Assembly (NCBI GenBank): GCA_041690355.1
Contig: JAWLHK010000007.1
Coordinates: forward strand, 119,122-183,121
Length of the DNA: 64,000 nt
From: a bacterium
Lineage (GTDB): Bacteria > J088 > JAWLBW01
Direction: 5' to 3'
The notes beneath the pieces are model-generated. The model was not told the DNA's origin. It did no database searches and saw only the letters and a program-made list of their open reading frames with translations. Positions 29,257 through 37,342 of the stretch are shown here, piece after piece. Within the stretch, counting starts at the first letter, position 1. Each line of letters begins with the position of its first letter. The translations under genes were made by a program, and so were the position numbers.

Positions 29257-30288
29257 ATGGCGTTGGACGCATACGGGTGGAACGAGCACTTCGCGGCGGC
29301 CTTTGCGGAACATGCCGGCGAAGGCCATGAACCCGGCCGCGTCCTGCTGCGCTACAACGAGTATTTCACGCTGGCCACGGCGCATGGCGAGCTGCTCGCC
29401 GAACTGAGCGGACGCCTGCTGCACCGCACCCGCAAGTCGGAGCGTCCCGCCGTCGGCGACTGGGTCGTCATGACCCCCTACCTCGACGAGCGCAAGGCGG
29501 TCATTCACGCCACGCTGCCGCGCACGAGCAAGTTCTCGCGCCGGTTCAAGGGGACCGAAACGCGCGAGCAGGTCGTCGCGGCGAACATCGACACCCTCTT
29601 CATCGTCACGTCGCTCAATCAGGAGCTGAGCCCGCGGCGGCTCGAGCGGTACCTGACGACGGCGGTGCGCAGCGGCGCGCGGCCGGTGATTCTCCTCAAC
29701 AAAGCCGACCTGGTTTCCGATCCGGCGCCGATGCTCGACCTCGTGCGCAGGGTGGCGCCCGAAACGCCGATCCACATGGTGAGCGCCGCCCGCGGGACGG
29801 GTCTCGACGTGCTGGCCCCCTACCTGGAGACCGGGCAGACGGTCGCGCTCGTAGGCTCCTCGGGCGTCGGCAAATCGAGCCTGATCAACACGCTTTTAGG
29901 CGAAGCGCGCCAGGCCGTGCGCGAGATCCGCGAGAGCGACAAGGGGCGCCACACGACCACCCATCGTGAACTGATTCGCCTGCCCGAAGGGGCGCTGCTC
30001 GTCGATACGCCGGGGATGATGGAGCTGCAGCTCTGGGAAGACGAGGAACCGACGGCCGAAGCCTTCACGGAGATCGAAGCGGCGGCCGAACGTTGCCGTT
30101 TTCGCGACTGCCGCCACGAAGCGGAACCGGGATGCGCCGTGCGCGAAGCCATGGAGCGCGGCGAGATTCCCCGCGCGCGCTACGACAGCTACCACCGCCT
30201 GCACGGCGAGCTGCGGGAGCTCTCGCGCAAGAAGGAAGAGAAGACCTGGAAGCAGCGCAAAGGGCACCCGGGGCGCACCGGGCGCTGA
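29257..30288 (+). CDS. rsgA: Ribosome small subunit-dependent GTPase A
   Basis: PAVGDWV, NKADL, GSSGVGKSSL, GRHTTT, DTPG and CRFRDCRHEAEPGC zinc-finger motifs. Confidence 0.95.
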   Translation: MALDAYGWNEHFAAAFAEHAGEGHEPGRVLLRYNEYFTLATAHGELLAELSGRLLHRTRKSERPAVGDWVVMTPYLDERKAVIHATLPRTSKFSRRFKGTETREQVVAANIDTLFIVTSLNQELSPRRLERYLTTAVRSGARPVILLNKADLVSDPAPMLDLVRRVAPETPIHMVSAARGTGLDVLAPYLETGQTVALVGSSGVGKSSLINTLLGEARQAVREIRESDKGRHTTTHRELIRLPEGALLVDTPGMMELQLWEDEEPTAEAFTEIEAAAERCRFRDCRHEAEPGCAVREAMERGEIPRARYDSYHRLHGELRELSRKKEEKTWKQRKGHPGRTGR

Positions 30289-30289
30289 G

Positions 30290-30524
30290 GCGCCCGGTGC
30301 GACCATTCCTGATGCCTGATTCTTGATTCCTGAGGCGGCAAGGGCGAAGACCACGCTCGCTTCGATCGCTTCCCCCCTCCTCCTTGCGAAGGAGGAGGAC
30401 CCCATGCGCCGGAAGCGCAGGGAGAGGCGGTCATCGACGCGCCCGGCGCGACCATTCCTGATTCCTGATTCCTGATTCCTGATTCCTGATTCCTGATTCC
30501 TGATTCCTGAGGCAGCAAGGGCGA
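30290..30524. repeat. Direct-repeat pair containing (ATTCCTG)n arrays and enclosing a REP-like hairpin
   Basis: GCGCCCGGYGCGACC-(ATTCCTG)n-AGGCRGCAAGGGCGA at 30290-30347 (4 partly degenerate units) and 30439-30524 (8 perfect units). Confidence 0.8.
30372..30430 (-). repeat. Diverged copy of the REP-like double-hairpin repeat
   Basis: CCTCCTCCTT-gcg-AAGGAGGAGG plus a TGCGC...GCGCA hairpin, same layout as 33603-33662. Confidence 0.6.
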
Positions 30525-30569
30525 CGGCGCTCGTTCCGTACCGGCGTCCGACGTCCGAAGTCCGATGAC

Positions 30570-31553
30570 CTACAGTTCCATGGCCCGCTCATGCGCCGCC
30601 GCTTCGCGGCTGCGCACCTCGCGGACCCGGGCGAGAACCGGCGCCGTATCGGGCGCCTCCATCTCGGACAGCGCTTTCAGCGCGAAGGCCAGATCGCACC
30701 ACGCCTCGCCGGCCGCCTGCATCCGCTCGGCGAGGCCGAGCTCGCGCACGCGGGGAACATGCGCTTCGGCTTCGCGGAGGAAGTCCGCGTACATCAAGCG
30801 GAACCCGCCGCCCCCCGTGCCGCGCTTCTCGATGGTCTGGTAGGCGAACCGCGCCGCCCACTGCCAGTCGGGAAGCGCCGGCCAGGCTTCCGGAAGTTCC
30901 GAAATCCAGCGGTCGAGGCCGCCGATGCCGCTCACCGGATTGTCGGCCTGCAGCAGCAGTTCCGCATTGTGCCGGATGGCCGCCACGATCCGCTCCGGCA
31001 GGTCGGCCGGCGCGGCGAGCGAAGCGGGTGCAAAGAAATCCCCCTCGTGCTGAAAGGGGAGCCGGTCCGAATAGCGCGCGTCCCGCATCTTTTCGAAGGG
31101 AACCTCGAGCACATCGGGCCGCTCGGTGTCGGTGACCAGGAAGGTTCCGCGTTCCTCGTCGTATCCCCACACGCCGATGCAGTGGCCGGGAAAGTGCGTG
31201 CTCGAGTTGTAGTAGGGCAGGTAGTAGATGTCGCTGAGCAGGATCGCCGGCCGCCTGTCCGCGAGCGCGTCCTTGAGGTGCCGCTCGGCGGCAACCGGAT
31301 CCCGATCGCGTTCCCAGCGGAACGGAACCCCGATGCGCTCGAAGAACTGCTGCTCGAACCCGCCCGAGCGCACGTGCACGATGCGGCTCGGATTCATGCC
31401 GGGCACCCCGAGATACCAGAGGCCAAGGCCGCTCCCCAGGCCGAAGCAGAACGCCTCGGACCACGGCAGTCCGTGAAAGTTCACCAGGTCGGCCAGCGAC
31501 GTGCTGGCGCAGTGGCGGCCGGGGGTGTGGGTCGGAGGGATGAGGTGGCGCAT
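30570..31553 (-). CDS. BtrH N-terminal domain / DUF4872 protein (papain-like fold)
   Basis: GRHCASTSL, SEAFCFGLGSGL, DIYYLPYY, HFPGH and IEKRGTGGGGFRLMYADFL motifs. Confidence 0.85.
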   Translation of the reverse strand: MRHLIPPTHTPGRHCASTSLADLVNFHGLPWSEAFCFGLGSGLGLWYLGVPGMNPSRIVHVRSGGFEQQFFERIGVPFRWERDRDPVAAERHLKDALADRRPAILLSDIYYLPYYNSSTHFPGHCIGVWGYDEERGTFLVTDTERPDVLEVPFEKMRDARYSDRLPFQHEGDFFAPASLAAPADLPERIVAAIRHNAELLLQADNPVSGIGGLDRWISELPEAWPALPDWQWAARFAYQTIEKRGTGGGGFRLMYADFLREAEAHVPRVRELGLAERMQAAGEAWCDLAFALKALSEMEAPDTAPVLARVREVRSREAAAHERAMEL

Positions 31554-31671
31554 GGGGGAGGACGATTCCTGATTCCTGATTCTTAATTCCTGAGCCGGAA
31601 AGGCCAAGGAAGCCAGTCAATTCCATGATCCCGTGAATATGGCCTTCACGCCAGTCTTCGCCCGCCCCGAC

Positions 31672-31701
31672 TTGACGAATGGTAGCTACAGTAGCTACCT
31701 T
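31672..31701 (+). promoter_or_regulatory. TA operon promoter with overlapping palindromic operator
   Basis: TTGACG-18 nt-TACCTT; palindrome GGTAGCTAC-A-GTAGCTACC at 31681-31699. Confidence 0.7.
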
Positions 31702-31707
31702 GGAATC

Positions 31708-32025
31708 ATGAAAGCTGTCGGCATCAAGAACCTGAAAAACAACCTGAGCCGTTACCTGAACCTGGTGCGCGAGGGCGAAATCGTCTACGTGACCGATCGG
31801 GACGAGATCATCGCCGAAATCCATAAGCCGGTGTCGGCACCGACCCGCGTGATTTCCCGGTGGGATGCCTTTCTGAATGAGCTCGAACGTAAGGGGAGCG
31901 TCGTCCGGGCCAGACGCACGGAGTCGACCATCGATGAGGACATGAAGCGGCTGACTTTGAAGCGACCGGCCGGAAGCCCTACGCTCGAGGAATTGCTTGA
32001 AGAAACCCGGGAAGATCGCTTCTGA
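31708..32025 (+). CDS. Phd/YefM family antitoxin
   Basis: MKAVGIKNLKNNLSRYLNLVREGEIVYVTDR pattern; stop overlaps the toxin start (TGATG). Confidence 0.88.
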   Translation: MKAVGIKNLKNNLSRYLNLVREGEIVYVTDRDEIIAEIHKPVSAPTRVISRWDAFLNELERKGSVVRARRTESTIDEDMKRLTLKRPAGSPTLEELLEETREDRF

Positions 32026-32465
32026 TGACGGTCGCCTATTTCGACGCCGGAGTTCTGCTTTCGATCCTTCTGAACGAGCGTTCAGCGGCGGATGCGCGTT
32101 CACTGTGGCTGCATTATCCGCAACGTGTGTCCTCGATCCTTTTTGAAGCGGAATGCCTGACGACGCTGCGAAGGGCGGCACCGTCAGTCGGAAGAAAAAA
32201 GGCTGCCAGCGATTGGCTCCGGGAAAAGTCCGCTTTTCTTGCCGAACGAATGCAGGAAATCACGGTTCAGCACGTCGACAGCAATGTTCTGTCCCGCCTC
32301 CGGGACGAACCTGCGCTTGGCGCATGCCGTACGTTCGACGCCGTTCACCTGGCGACGGCCCTGTACTTCCGGGAGCGCACGGACGATGGGCTCGTCTTGA
32401 TCTCGCTGGATAAGCGGATGCGAGAGACGGCTGCTCTGTTCAAATTTCCCATCCTTCCTGCCTGA
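32025..32465 (+). CDS. vapC: PIN-domain (VapC family) toxin
   Basis: AYFDAG, conserved Glu, RTFDAVHLATA and SLDKRM motifs. Confidence 0.88.
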   Translation: MTVAYFDAGVLLSILLNERSAADARSLWLHYPQRVSSILFEAECLTTLRRAAPSVGRKKAASDWLREKSAFLAERMQEITVQHVDSNVLSRLRDEPALGACRTFDAVHLATALYFRERTDDGLVLISLDKRMRETAALFKFPILPA

Positions 32466-32546
32466 CCATTCTCACGAAGCCTCCTGCTCCCGGGGGCCCG
32501 CCCTGTGGACGCTCTGCCCGGCGGTGCGCTATGCTTTAGGATCCGT

Positions 32547-33599
32547 ATGACAAACAAAGCCATTCAACGCGCGTTCTTTCTCGGCCTCGTCCTGCTGACG
32601 ACGGTCGGCTTTCTCTGGCTCATCAACGACTACCTGGAACCGGTGTTCTGGGCGGCCGTCATGGCCATCCTGTTCTACCCCGTGCAGCGCCGCTGGCTGG
32701 GGGTGACGGGCAATCGGCCCTCGGCCGCCGCCGGGCTCTCCATCCTGACGGTCGTTCTCATCGTGCTCATCCCGCTTTTCTTTGTCGGGCTGGCGGTCAC
32801 CAACGAGTCGATCAACTTCTATGAGCGCCTGTCGCAGGGAGACCTGCGCGACACGCCGGCCGCGGTGCTCGAGCGCCTTCGCCCGGCGCTCGAACGGCTC
32901 GAGCAGGTCTCCGACCGGTTCCGCATCGACGAGCAGGAGATCACGACGCGCGTTTCGCAGGGGGTCGTGCAGCTGAGTCAAGGGCTCGCGGGGCGCGCCG
33001 TCGCCATCGGACAGAACGCGGTGCGCTTCACAATCGCGCTCTTCGTGATGCTCTACGTGCTCTTTTTCTTCCTGCGCGGGGGGCCGGCGATCATCGACAA
33101 GCTGATTCGCGTGCTTCCCCTCGGCGACATCCGGGAGCGCCGCCTGTTCGCAAAGTTTGAAGAGGTTTCGCGCGCGACCATCAAGGGGACGCTCGTCATC
33201 GGCATCGTCCAGGGTGCGCTCGGCGGCATTCTCTTTCTCATCGCCGGCGTCACGGCCCCGGTCTTCTGGGCCGTCATCATGACGATTCTTTCGATCATTC
33301 CGGCCGTGGGCGCGGGCCTCATCTGGGCGCCGGCGGGGATCATCCTGCTGCTGACCGGCAAGATGTGGCAGGGGGTGCTCGTGCTGACTGCAGGCGCGCT
33401 CATCATCGGGCTGGTCGACAACCTGCTGCGCCCCAAGCTCGTCGGCAAAGATACGCAGATGCCCGACGCGCTCGTGCTCCTCTCCACCCTGGGCGGCCTG
33501 GCCGTCTTCGGCATCTCGGGCTTCGTCATCGGCCCGATCATCGCCGCCTTCTTCCTCGTCGTGTGGGATATGTTCGAGGAAGAGTTCAACCGGGAGTAG
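32547..33599 (+). CDS. AI-2E family transporter
   Basis: IIPAVG, DNLLRPKLVG and STLGGLAVFGISGFVIGPII motifs. Confidence 0.92.
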   Translation: MTNKAIQRAFFLGLVLLTTVGFLWLINDYLEPVFWAAVMAILFYPVQRRWLGVTGNRPSAAAGLSILTVVLIVLIPLFFVGLAVTNESINFYERLSQGDLRDTPAAVLERLRPALERLEQVSDRFRIDEQEITTRVSQGVVQLSQGLAGRAVAIGQNAVRFTIALFVMLYVLFFFLRGGPAIIDKLIRVLPLGDIRERRLFAKFEEVSRATIKGTLVIGIVQGALGGILFLIAGVTAPVFWAVIMTILSIIPAVGAGLIWAPAGIILLLTGKMWQGVLVLTAGALIIGLVDNLLRPKLVGKDTQMPDALVLLSTLGGLAVFGISGFVIGPIIAAFFLVVWDMFEEEFNRE

Positions 33600-33602
33600 G
33601 CG

Positions 33603-33662
33603 CACCACCTCCCGCCTGCGCTGCCGCGCATGGCGCCCTCCTCCTCCAGCGAGGAGGAGGGG
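33603..33662 (+). repeat. REP-like double-hairpin repeat, copy A (left flank of DUF559)
   Basis: CACCACCTCCC-gcc-TGCGC tgcc GCGCA-tggcg-CCCTCCTCCTC cagc GAGGAGGAGGG. Confidence 0.85.
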
Positions 33663-33717
33663 ATAGTATCACCAGGGGGTACCTTGGTTGACTCAGGTGT
33701 GATATGTTCGCCATGTC

Positions 33718-34089
33718 ATGGGGAACATCTTCAACCGCCGGGTGTGGAAAGAGAAGCGGCAGCGGCTGCGCAATCGAGCGACTCGCGAAGAGCGAATTCT
33801 CTGGCAATACCTGCGCGGGCGTGGCGTGGGAGATGCCAAATTCCGTAGGCAGGCGAGCATCGGCCCCTACATCGTCGACTTTTATTGTCCGGCGCACAGG
33901 CTGGCGATTGAGCTCGATGGCGGTCAACATGGCCAGGAAAGCGCCAAAGCCTACGACGGGATCCGCACCGACTACCTGTCGTCACTCGGGATCCGAGTCC
34001 TGCGATTTCCCAACGCAATGATCCGCGATCGTCTTGAAGAAGTCCGGGTTACAATCGCGGCTTCCATAGCACCACAATCTGCACCTTGA
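33718..34089 (+). CDS. DUF559 (Vsr-like PD-(D/E)xK) endonuclease
   Basis: LRNRATREERILWQYLR, FRRQASIGPYIVDFYC, IELDGGQH and D..RT.YL...G.RVLRF.N motifs. Confidence 0.93.
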   Translation: MGNIFNRRVWKEKRQRLRNRATREERILWQYLRGRGVGDAKFRRQASIGPYIVDFYCPAHRLAIELDGGQHGQESAKAYDGIRTDYLSSLGIRVLRFPNAMIRDRLEEVRVTIAASIAPQSAP

Positions 34090-34090
34090 A

Positions 34091-34175
34091 CCCTCCTCCT
34101 CGCTGGAGGAGGAGGGTCCGGGCGGGTCGATCCCGCCCGGGGGAGGTGGTTGCCGGCAGCCCGGGGGAGGTGGTG
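34091..34175 (-). repeat. REP-like repeat, copy B (right flank of DUF559, inverted relative to A)
   Basis: Same 26-nt main hairpin as copy A in reverse orientation; ACCACCTCCC leader present twice, with different inner hairpins. Confidence 0.85.
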
Positions 34176-34180
34176 CCTCT

Positions 34181-35644
34181 TCAATCGCTCGGGCACTTCT
34201 CCTTCGTCAGCCCGTACGCCGCCAGCTTTGACGGCGTGAGCGGATCGTCCTCGGCAACCGCATCGAGATCGACGGGCGGAATCGACGTACCCAACGCCTT
34301 GTTCATGTGCTCGAGGAAAAGGTTCGCGAGCACGGCGTAGCCGACCTTCGTGAGGTGAAGACCATCGAGGCTGATGAAGCCGCCGAAGTTGTCGACGGTG
34401 AACTCCTCGCCGTTGATGACCATCCCCTCGCGGTACATCCGGTCGAGCGTTTCGGAGAACGGAACCACGACCGCGCGCGGATACTTCGCGGACTCTTCCT
34501 TGAGAATCGCATTGAGCTCGGCCACGCGGTCGCGTACGCTCTGGATGCCCGCGTCGACCTCCTCGGGCGTGTGTCCGCGGGCAATCAGATTCCGCCGCCG
34601 GATGCGGGAATCCGGAATGAGCGTGATGTCGGGGAGATCGGCAAAAAAGACCCAGGTGTCCGGGCCGAGCCGCGAGAACAACTCGCGGTAGTTCGTGCGG
34701 AAGTATTCGTCGTCGGCGATGCGCGAGCCGTCGAACATGCTCCCCCACAGCGCGGGGAGCACGTCGTTTCCTGTCAGGTCGACCGCCATGACGAGCGTCG
34801 GCTTGCGCTCTGCCACGTAGTCGAGCTCGCTCCCCTGGCGCGGGCGCTGCAGGATACCGACCCAGTCGACGAACGGATCGTAAACGAGATGCTCCAGGAG
34901 GACGACAGCTTTCTGCTCCTGCGTGATCGCGCCGTTCACGACGCCGCCGATGACCGAACCGCCGACCGCTGCGTTGCGCACCTCGATGGTTGGGTCGATG
35001 CGCAGCCCCCACGGCTGCAGGCGACCGGTGTAAGCCTGGAACCCTTCCAGGGCATGATCAAGCTGCGCCACGAGGCGCTGGTCTGAGCCCTGCACCGAAC
35101 AGGTTCCCTCGAAATCGGCCGGATGGGTCTCTGGAATATACCCCTGCTTCGTGAGCGGCAGCGGGAAATAGGCGCCGACCGCTCGCGCCACCTGGGCGCT
35201 CGGAGCGTGCATCTGGCCGTCGGGGCCGAAGCTGTTGTTGATGACCCCCTGGCCGAAGCTCGCGCCGATGCTGAACATGCGCTCGAAGGCCGGATGCGGA
35301 ATCGGCTTCACGGTCAGCGCGTCGGCAATGCGGAAAGATTTTCCCGCGGCGCGCACGTCGATGTCGGCGGTGGCGTCGGGCGAACCCTGCCAGCGGAAGG
35401 TCACCGTCGTGGGCGACTCGAGGGTGAGATCGTAGACGGCATTTCCCGCAATCGTGATTTCGGGGGACCCGCCGAAGATCGGCTCTGCCGCCTTCACGCG
35501 CAGCAGCTCGTGACCGAAGGCGCTCACGGTCTTCGGTTCCACAATGGCCGAAACGATCTGCGGTCCGCCCGCGGGGGCGGCCGAATCCTCGGTGCTGCAG
35601 GCGGCCAGCAGAGCGGCCATGACTAAAAGGGGCAGGTACTTCAT
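34181..35644 (-). CDS. SGNH/GDSL-like hydrolase lipoprotein with an N-terminal IPT/Ig-like domain
   Basis: LAAC lipobox; IGASFGQG, NAAVGG, GNDVL and SLDGLHLT blocks. Confidence 0.8.
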   Translation of the reverse strand: MKYLPLLVMAALLAACSTEDSAAPAGGPQIVSAIVEPKTVSAFGHELLRVKAAEPIFGGSPEITIAGNAVYDLTLESPTTVTFRWQGSPDATADIDVRAAGKSFRIADALTVKPIPHPAFERMFSIGASFGQGVINNSFGPDGQMHAPSAQVARAVGAYFPLPLTKQGYIPETHPADFEGTCSVQGSDQRLVAQLDHALEGFQAYTGRLQPWGLRIDPTIEVRNAAVGGSVIGGVVNGAITQEQKAVVLLEHLVYDPFVDWVGILQRPRQGSELDYVAERKPTLVMAVDLTGNDVLPALWGSMFDGSRIADDEYFRTNYRELFSRLGPDTWVFFADLPDITLIPDSRIRRRNLIARGHTPEEVDAGIQSVRDRVAELNAILKEESAKYPRAVVVPFSETLDRMYREGMVINGEEFTVDNFGGFISLDGLHLTKVGYAVLANLFLEHMNKALGTSIPPVDLDAVAEDDPLTPSKLAAYGLTKEKCPSD

Positions 35645-35768
35645 GCCCGTTATGGTACCAAGGCATGGAGGTGGCCGCCCGATGGGCAACCGCACGGCCC
35701 TCGGCCTTCGTCAGGCGGCGGCTGGCGGAGAATCCTCTTGTGGTCTCGGCAAATCTTGGTTCACCTCA

Positions 35769-35828
35769 CCCCTCCTCCTCGTTGGAGGAGGAGGGCGCCA
35801 TGCGCGCCAGCGCAGGCGGGAGGTGGTG
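35769..35828 (-). repeat. REP-like repeat, copy C
   Basis: Reverse complement matches copy A at 58/60 positions; both differences fall in hairpin loops. Confidence 0.88.
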
Positions 35829-36089
35829 CTACCCGCGCGCCTTCTCCTCGGCCTCGAGCCTGTCGAGGTGCGCGAGCATGTTCTTTACAAGCTCGGGCTC
35901 GTCGCCGTAGAAGCGGCGCAGCAGATGACGCCGCTTGTCCCACTCCGTCGCGCCGGGAGGAAGGCTGGCCAGCACGAACGCGCGCGCGGTTTCGAACATG
36001 TCGGTCCCCATGAGGAACCGTTCTTCGGGCGTGCGCTCCATCATCATCTTGAAGACGAGGGCCTCGATTTCGGGAGACGTATCCTTCAT
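35829..36089 (-). CDS. Small hypothetical protein, putative partner of the nucleotidyltransferase
   Basis: MKDTSPE...RTPEERFLM; ATGA overlap with the upstream gene; AGGAG RBS. Confidence 0.75.
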   Translation of the reverse strand: MKDTSPEIEALVFKMMMERTPEERFLMGTDMFETARAFVLASLPPGATEWDKRRHLLRRFYGDEPELVKNMLAHLDRLEAEEKARG

Positions 36090-36637
36090 GAAGCAAGCTC
36101 CTTCCGCAGCGCATGCAGGCGCGCATCTACGCCGAGGCGAGCGGCCCAGGATTCCAGATACTCCGCATCGGTTCCCGTCTGAAGCAACGCGCGAATGTCC
36201 CGGGCCTGCACCTCAGAGGCCGAGTCTGCCGACCAGAGGAGTTTCGAAAGGATGAGGTCCTCCTTGGACACCACCCACGCTTCGAAGCCGTTGACGCGAA
36301 GGCGGACCCGCCGGTTGAATTCAAGCCGGCGGTATTCATCCGGCTTGCGGATGATCATGTCGACCTTCACGATGCTCGTATTGTGGATGAGATTGAAGAG
36401 GCTGCGACGAGTGATCGCCTCGGATACCGCTTCGGCGCTCACGTAGTAGGCGTCGCCGAAGAGTGCCTCCACCCGCTGCACGCTGTCTGCGGAAAGCTCG
36501 ACGACGATATCGATATCCCGGGTCATGCGGGGCTGCGCATAAGCGTTCAGCGCCATGGAACCGGTCAGCATATAGGGAATCCCCGCGGAATCCAGCCGCG
36601 AGGCGACGTCGCGGAGAACGTCGAGTTCGGCACTCAT
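36086..36637 (-). CDS. Pol-beta superfamily nucleotidyltransferase (TA-associated type)
   Basis: YMLTGSMA...PRMTRDIDIVV motif, KVDM, EDLILSKL. Confidence 0.85.
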   Translation of the reverse strand: MSAELDVLRDVASRLDSAGIPYMLTGSMALNAYAQPRMTRDIDIVVELSADSVQRVEALFGDAYYVSAEAVSEAITRRSLFNLIHNTSIVKVDMIIRKPDEYRRLEFNRRVRLRVNGFEAWVVSKEDLILSKLLWSADSASEVQARDIRALLQTGTDAEYLESWAARLGVDARLHALRKELAS

Positions 36638-36670
36638 GGATACAGTGTAACGAGGCGCGATCGCGCAAAC

Positions 36671-36702
36671 AAAAAAAGGACTTCCTTGCGGAAGTCCTTT
36701 TT
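36671..36702 (-). terminator. Intrinsic terminator after tRNA-Arg
   Basis: AAAAAGGACTTCC...GGAAGTCCTTTTT, bidirectional form. Confidence 0.85.
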
Positions 36703-36708
36703 CAAAAT

Positions 36709-36785
36709 TGGTGGGCCCGAAGAGATTCGAACTCCTGACCCTCAGATTCGTAGTCTGATGCTCTATCCAACTGAGCTACGGGCCC
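36709..36785 (-). tRNA. tRNA-Arg(ACG)
   Basis: 77 nt; GGGCCCG acceptor stem, anticodon ACG, TTCGAAT T-loop, encoded CCA. Confidence 0.97.
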
Positions 36786-36961
36786 ACGCGAAATATGTAA
36801 TTGATCAGTATACCATCCCACGCCGCTCTTGAGAAGGGGTTTCCCTCTTTATTGCTTTGCGTCTGGTGGCTGAAGATTTGACGATCTCTGGAGTGGCAGG
36901 CGATTGACGGCTTCGAAAAATCGTCAATCGTCAATCGTAAATCGTCAATTCCGGTGAATAC

Positions 36962-37051
36962 TGGCGGAGAGGGAGGGATTCGAACCCTCGATACGGTTTC
37001 CCGTATGCAGGTTTAGCAAACCTGTGCCTTCAGCCACTCGGCCACCTCTCC
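36962..37051 (-). tRNA. tRNA-Ser(GCT)
   Basis: 90 nt; long variable arm, CAGGT-TT-GCT-AA-ACCTG anticodon arm, GCCA end. Confidence 0.97.
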
Positions 37052-37097
37052 TGAAAGCGTATTCATTTGTCTCCGACCGCCCCCGGACCAGGAAAAC

Positions 37098-37185
37098 TGG
37101 CGGAGGGGGTGGGATTCGAACCCACGGTACCTTTCGGTACAACGGTTTTCAAGACCGCCGCCTTAAACCGCTCGGCCACCCCTCC
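37098..37185 (-). tRNA. tRNA-Ser(TGA)
   Basis: 88 nt; long variable arm, anticodon TGA, GCCA end. Confidence 0.97.
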
Positions 37186-37342
37186 CGAATCCCCGATCGC
37201 GGAGCGACCGCAAAGAGATCAATTATACCGGCCGGCGGCCCTTTCCGCAAAGACCGTGAAGCCCGACAGGGGGAATCCATGCCTGCCTCGGCCTCCCCTT
37301 TTTTCGGGTCCCCCCTCGGCGGACGACAGGGGGCCGGCGCGG

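Noticed and set aside
30290-30524. CRISPR-like array, or the 109-aa minus-strand ORF 30189-30518
   Set aside because: Contiguous 7-mers without spacers; the ORF is just the translated repeat (QESGIRN).
36640-36785. Prophage or integrative element at tRNA-Arg
   Set aside because: No integrase, phage genes or duplicated tRNA 3' end seen by eye in the window.
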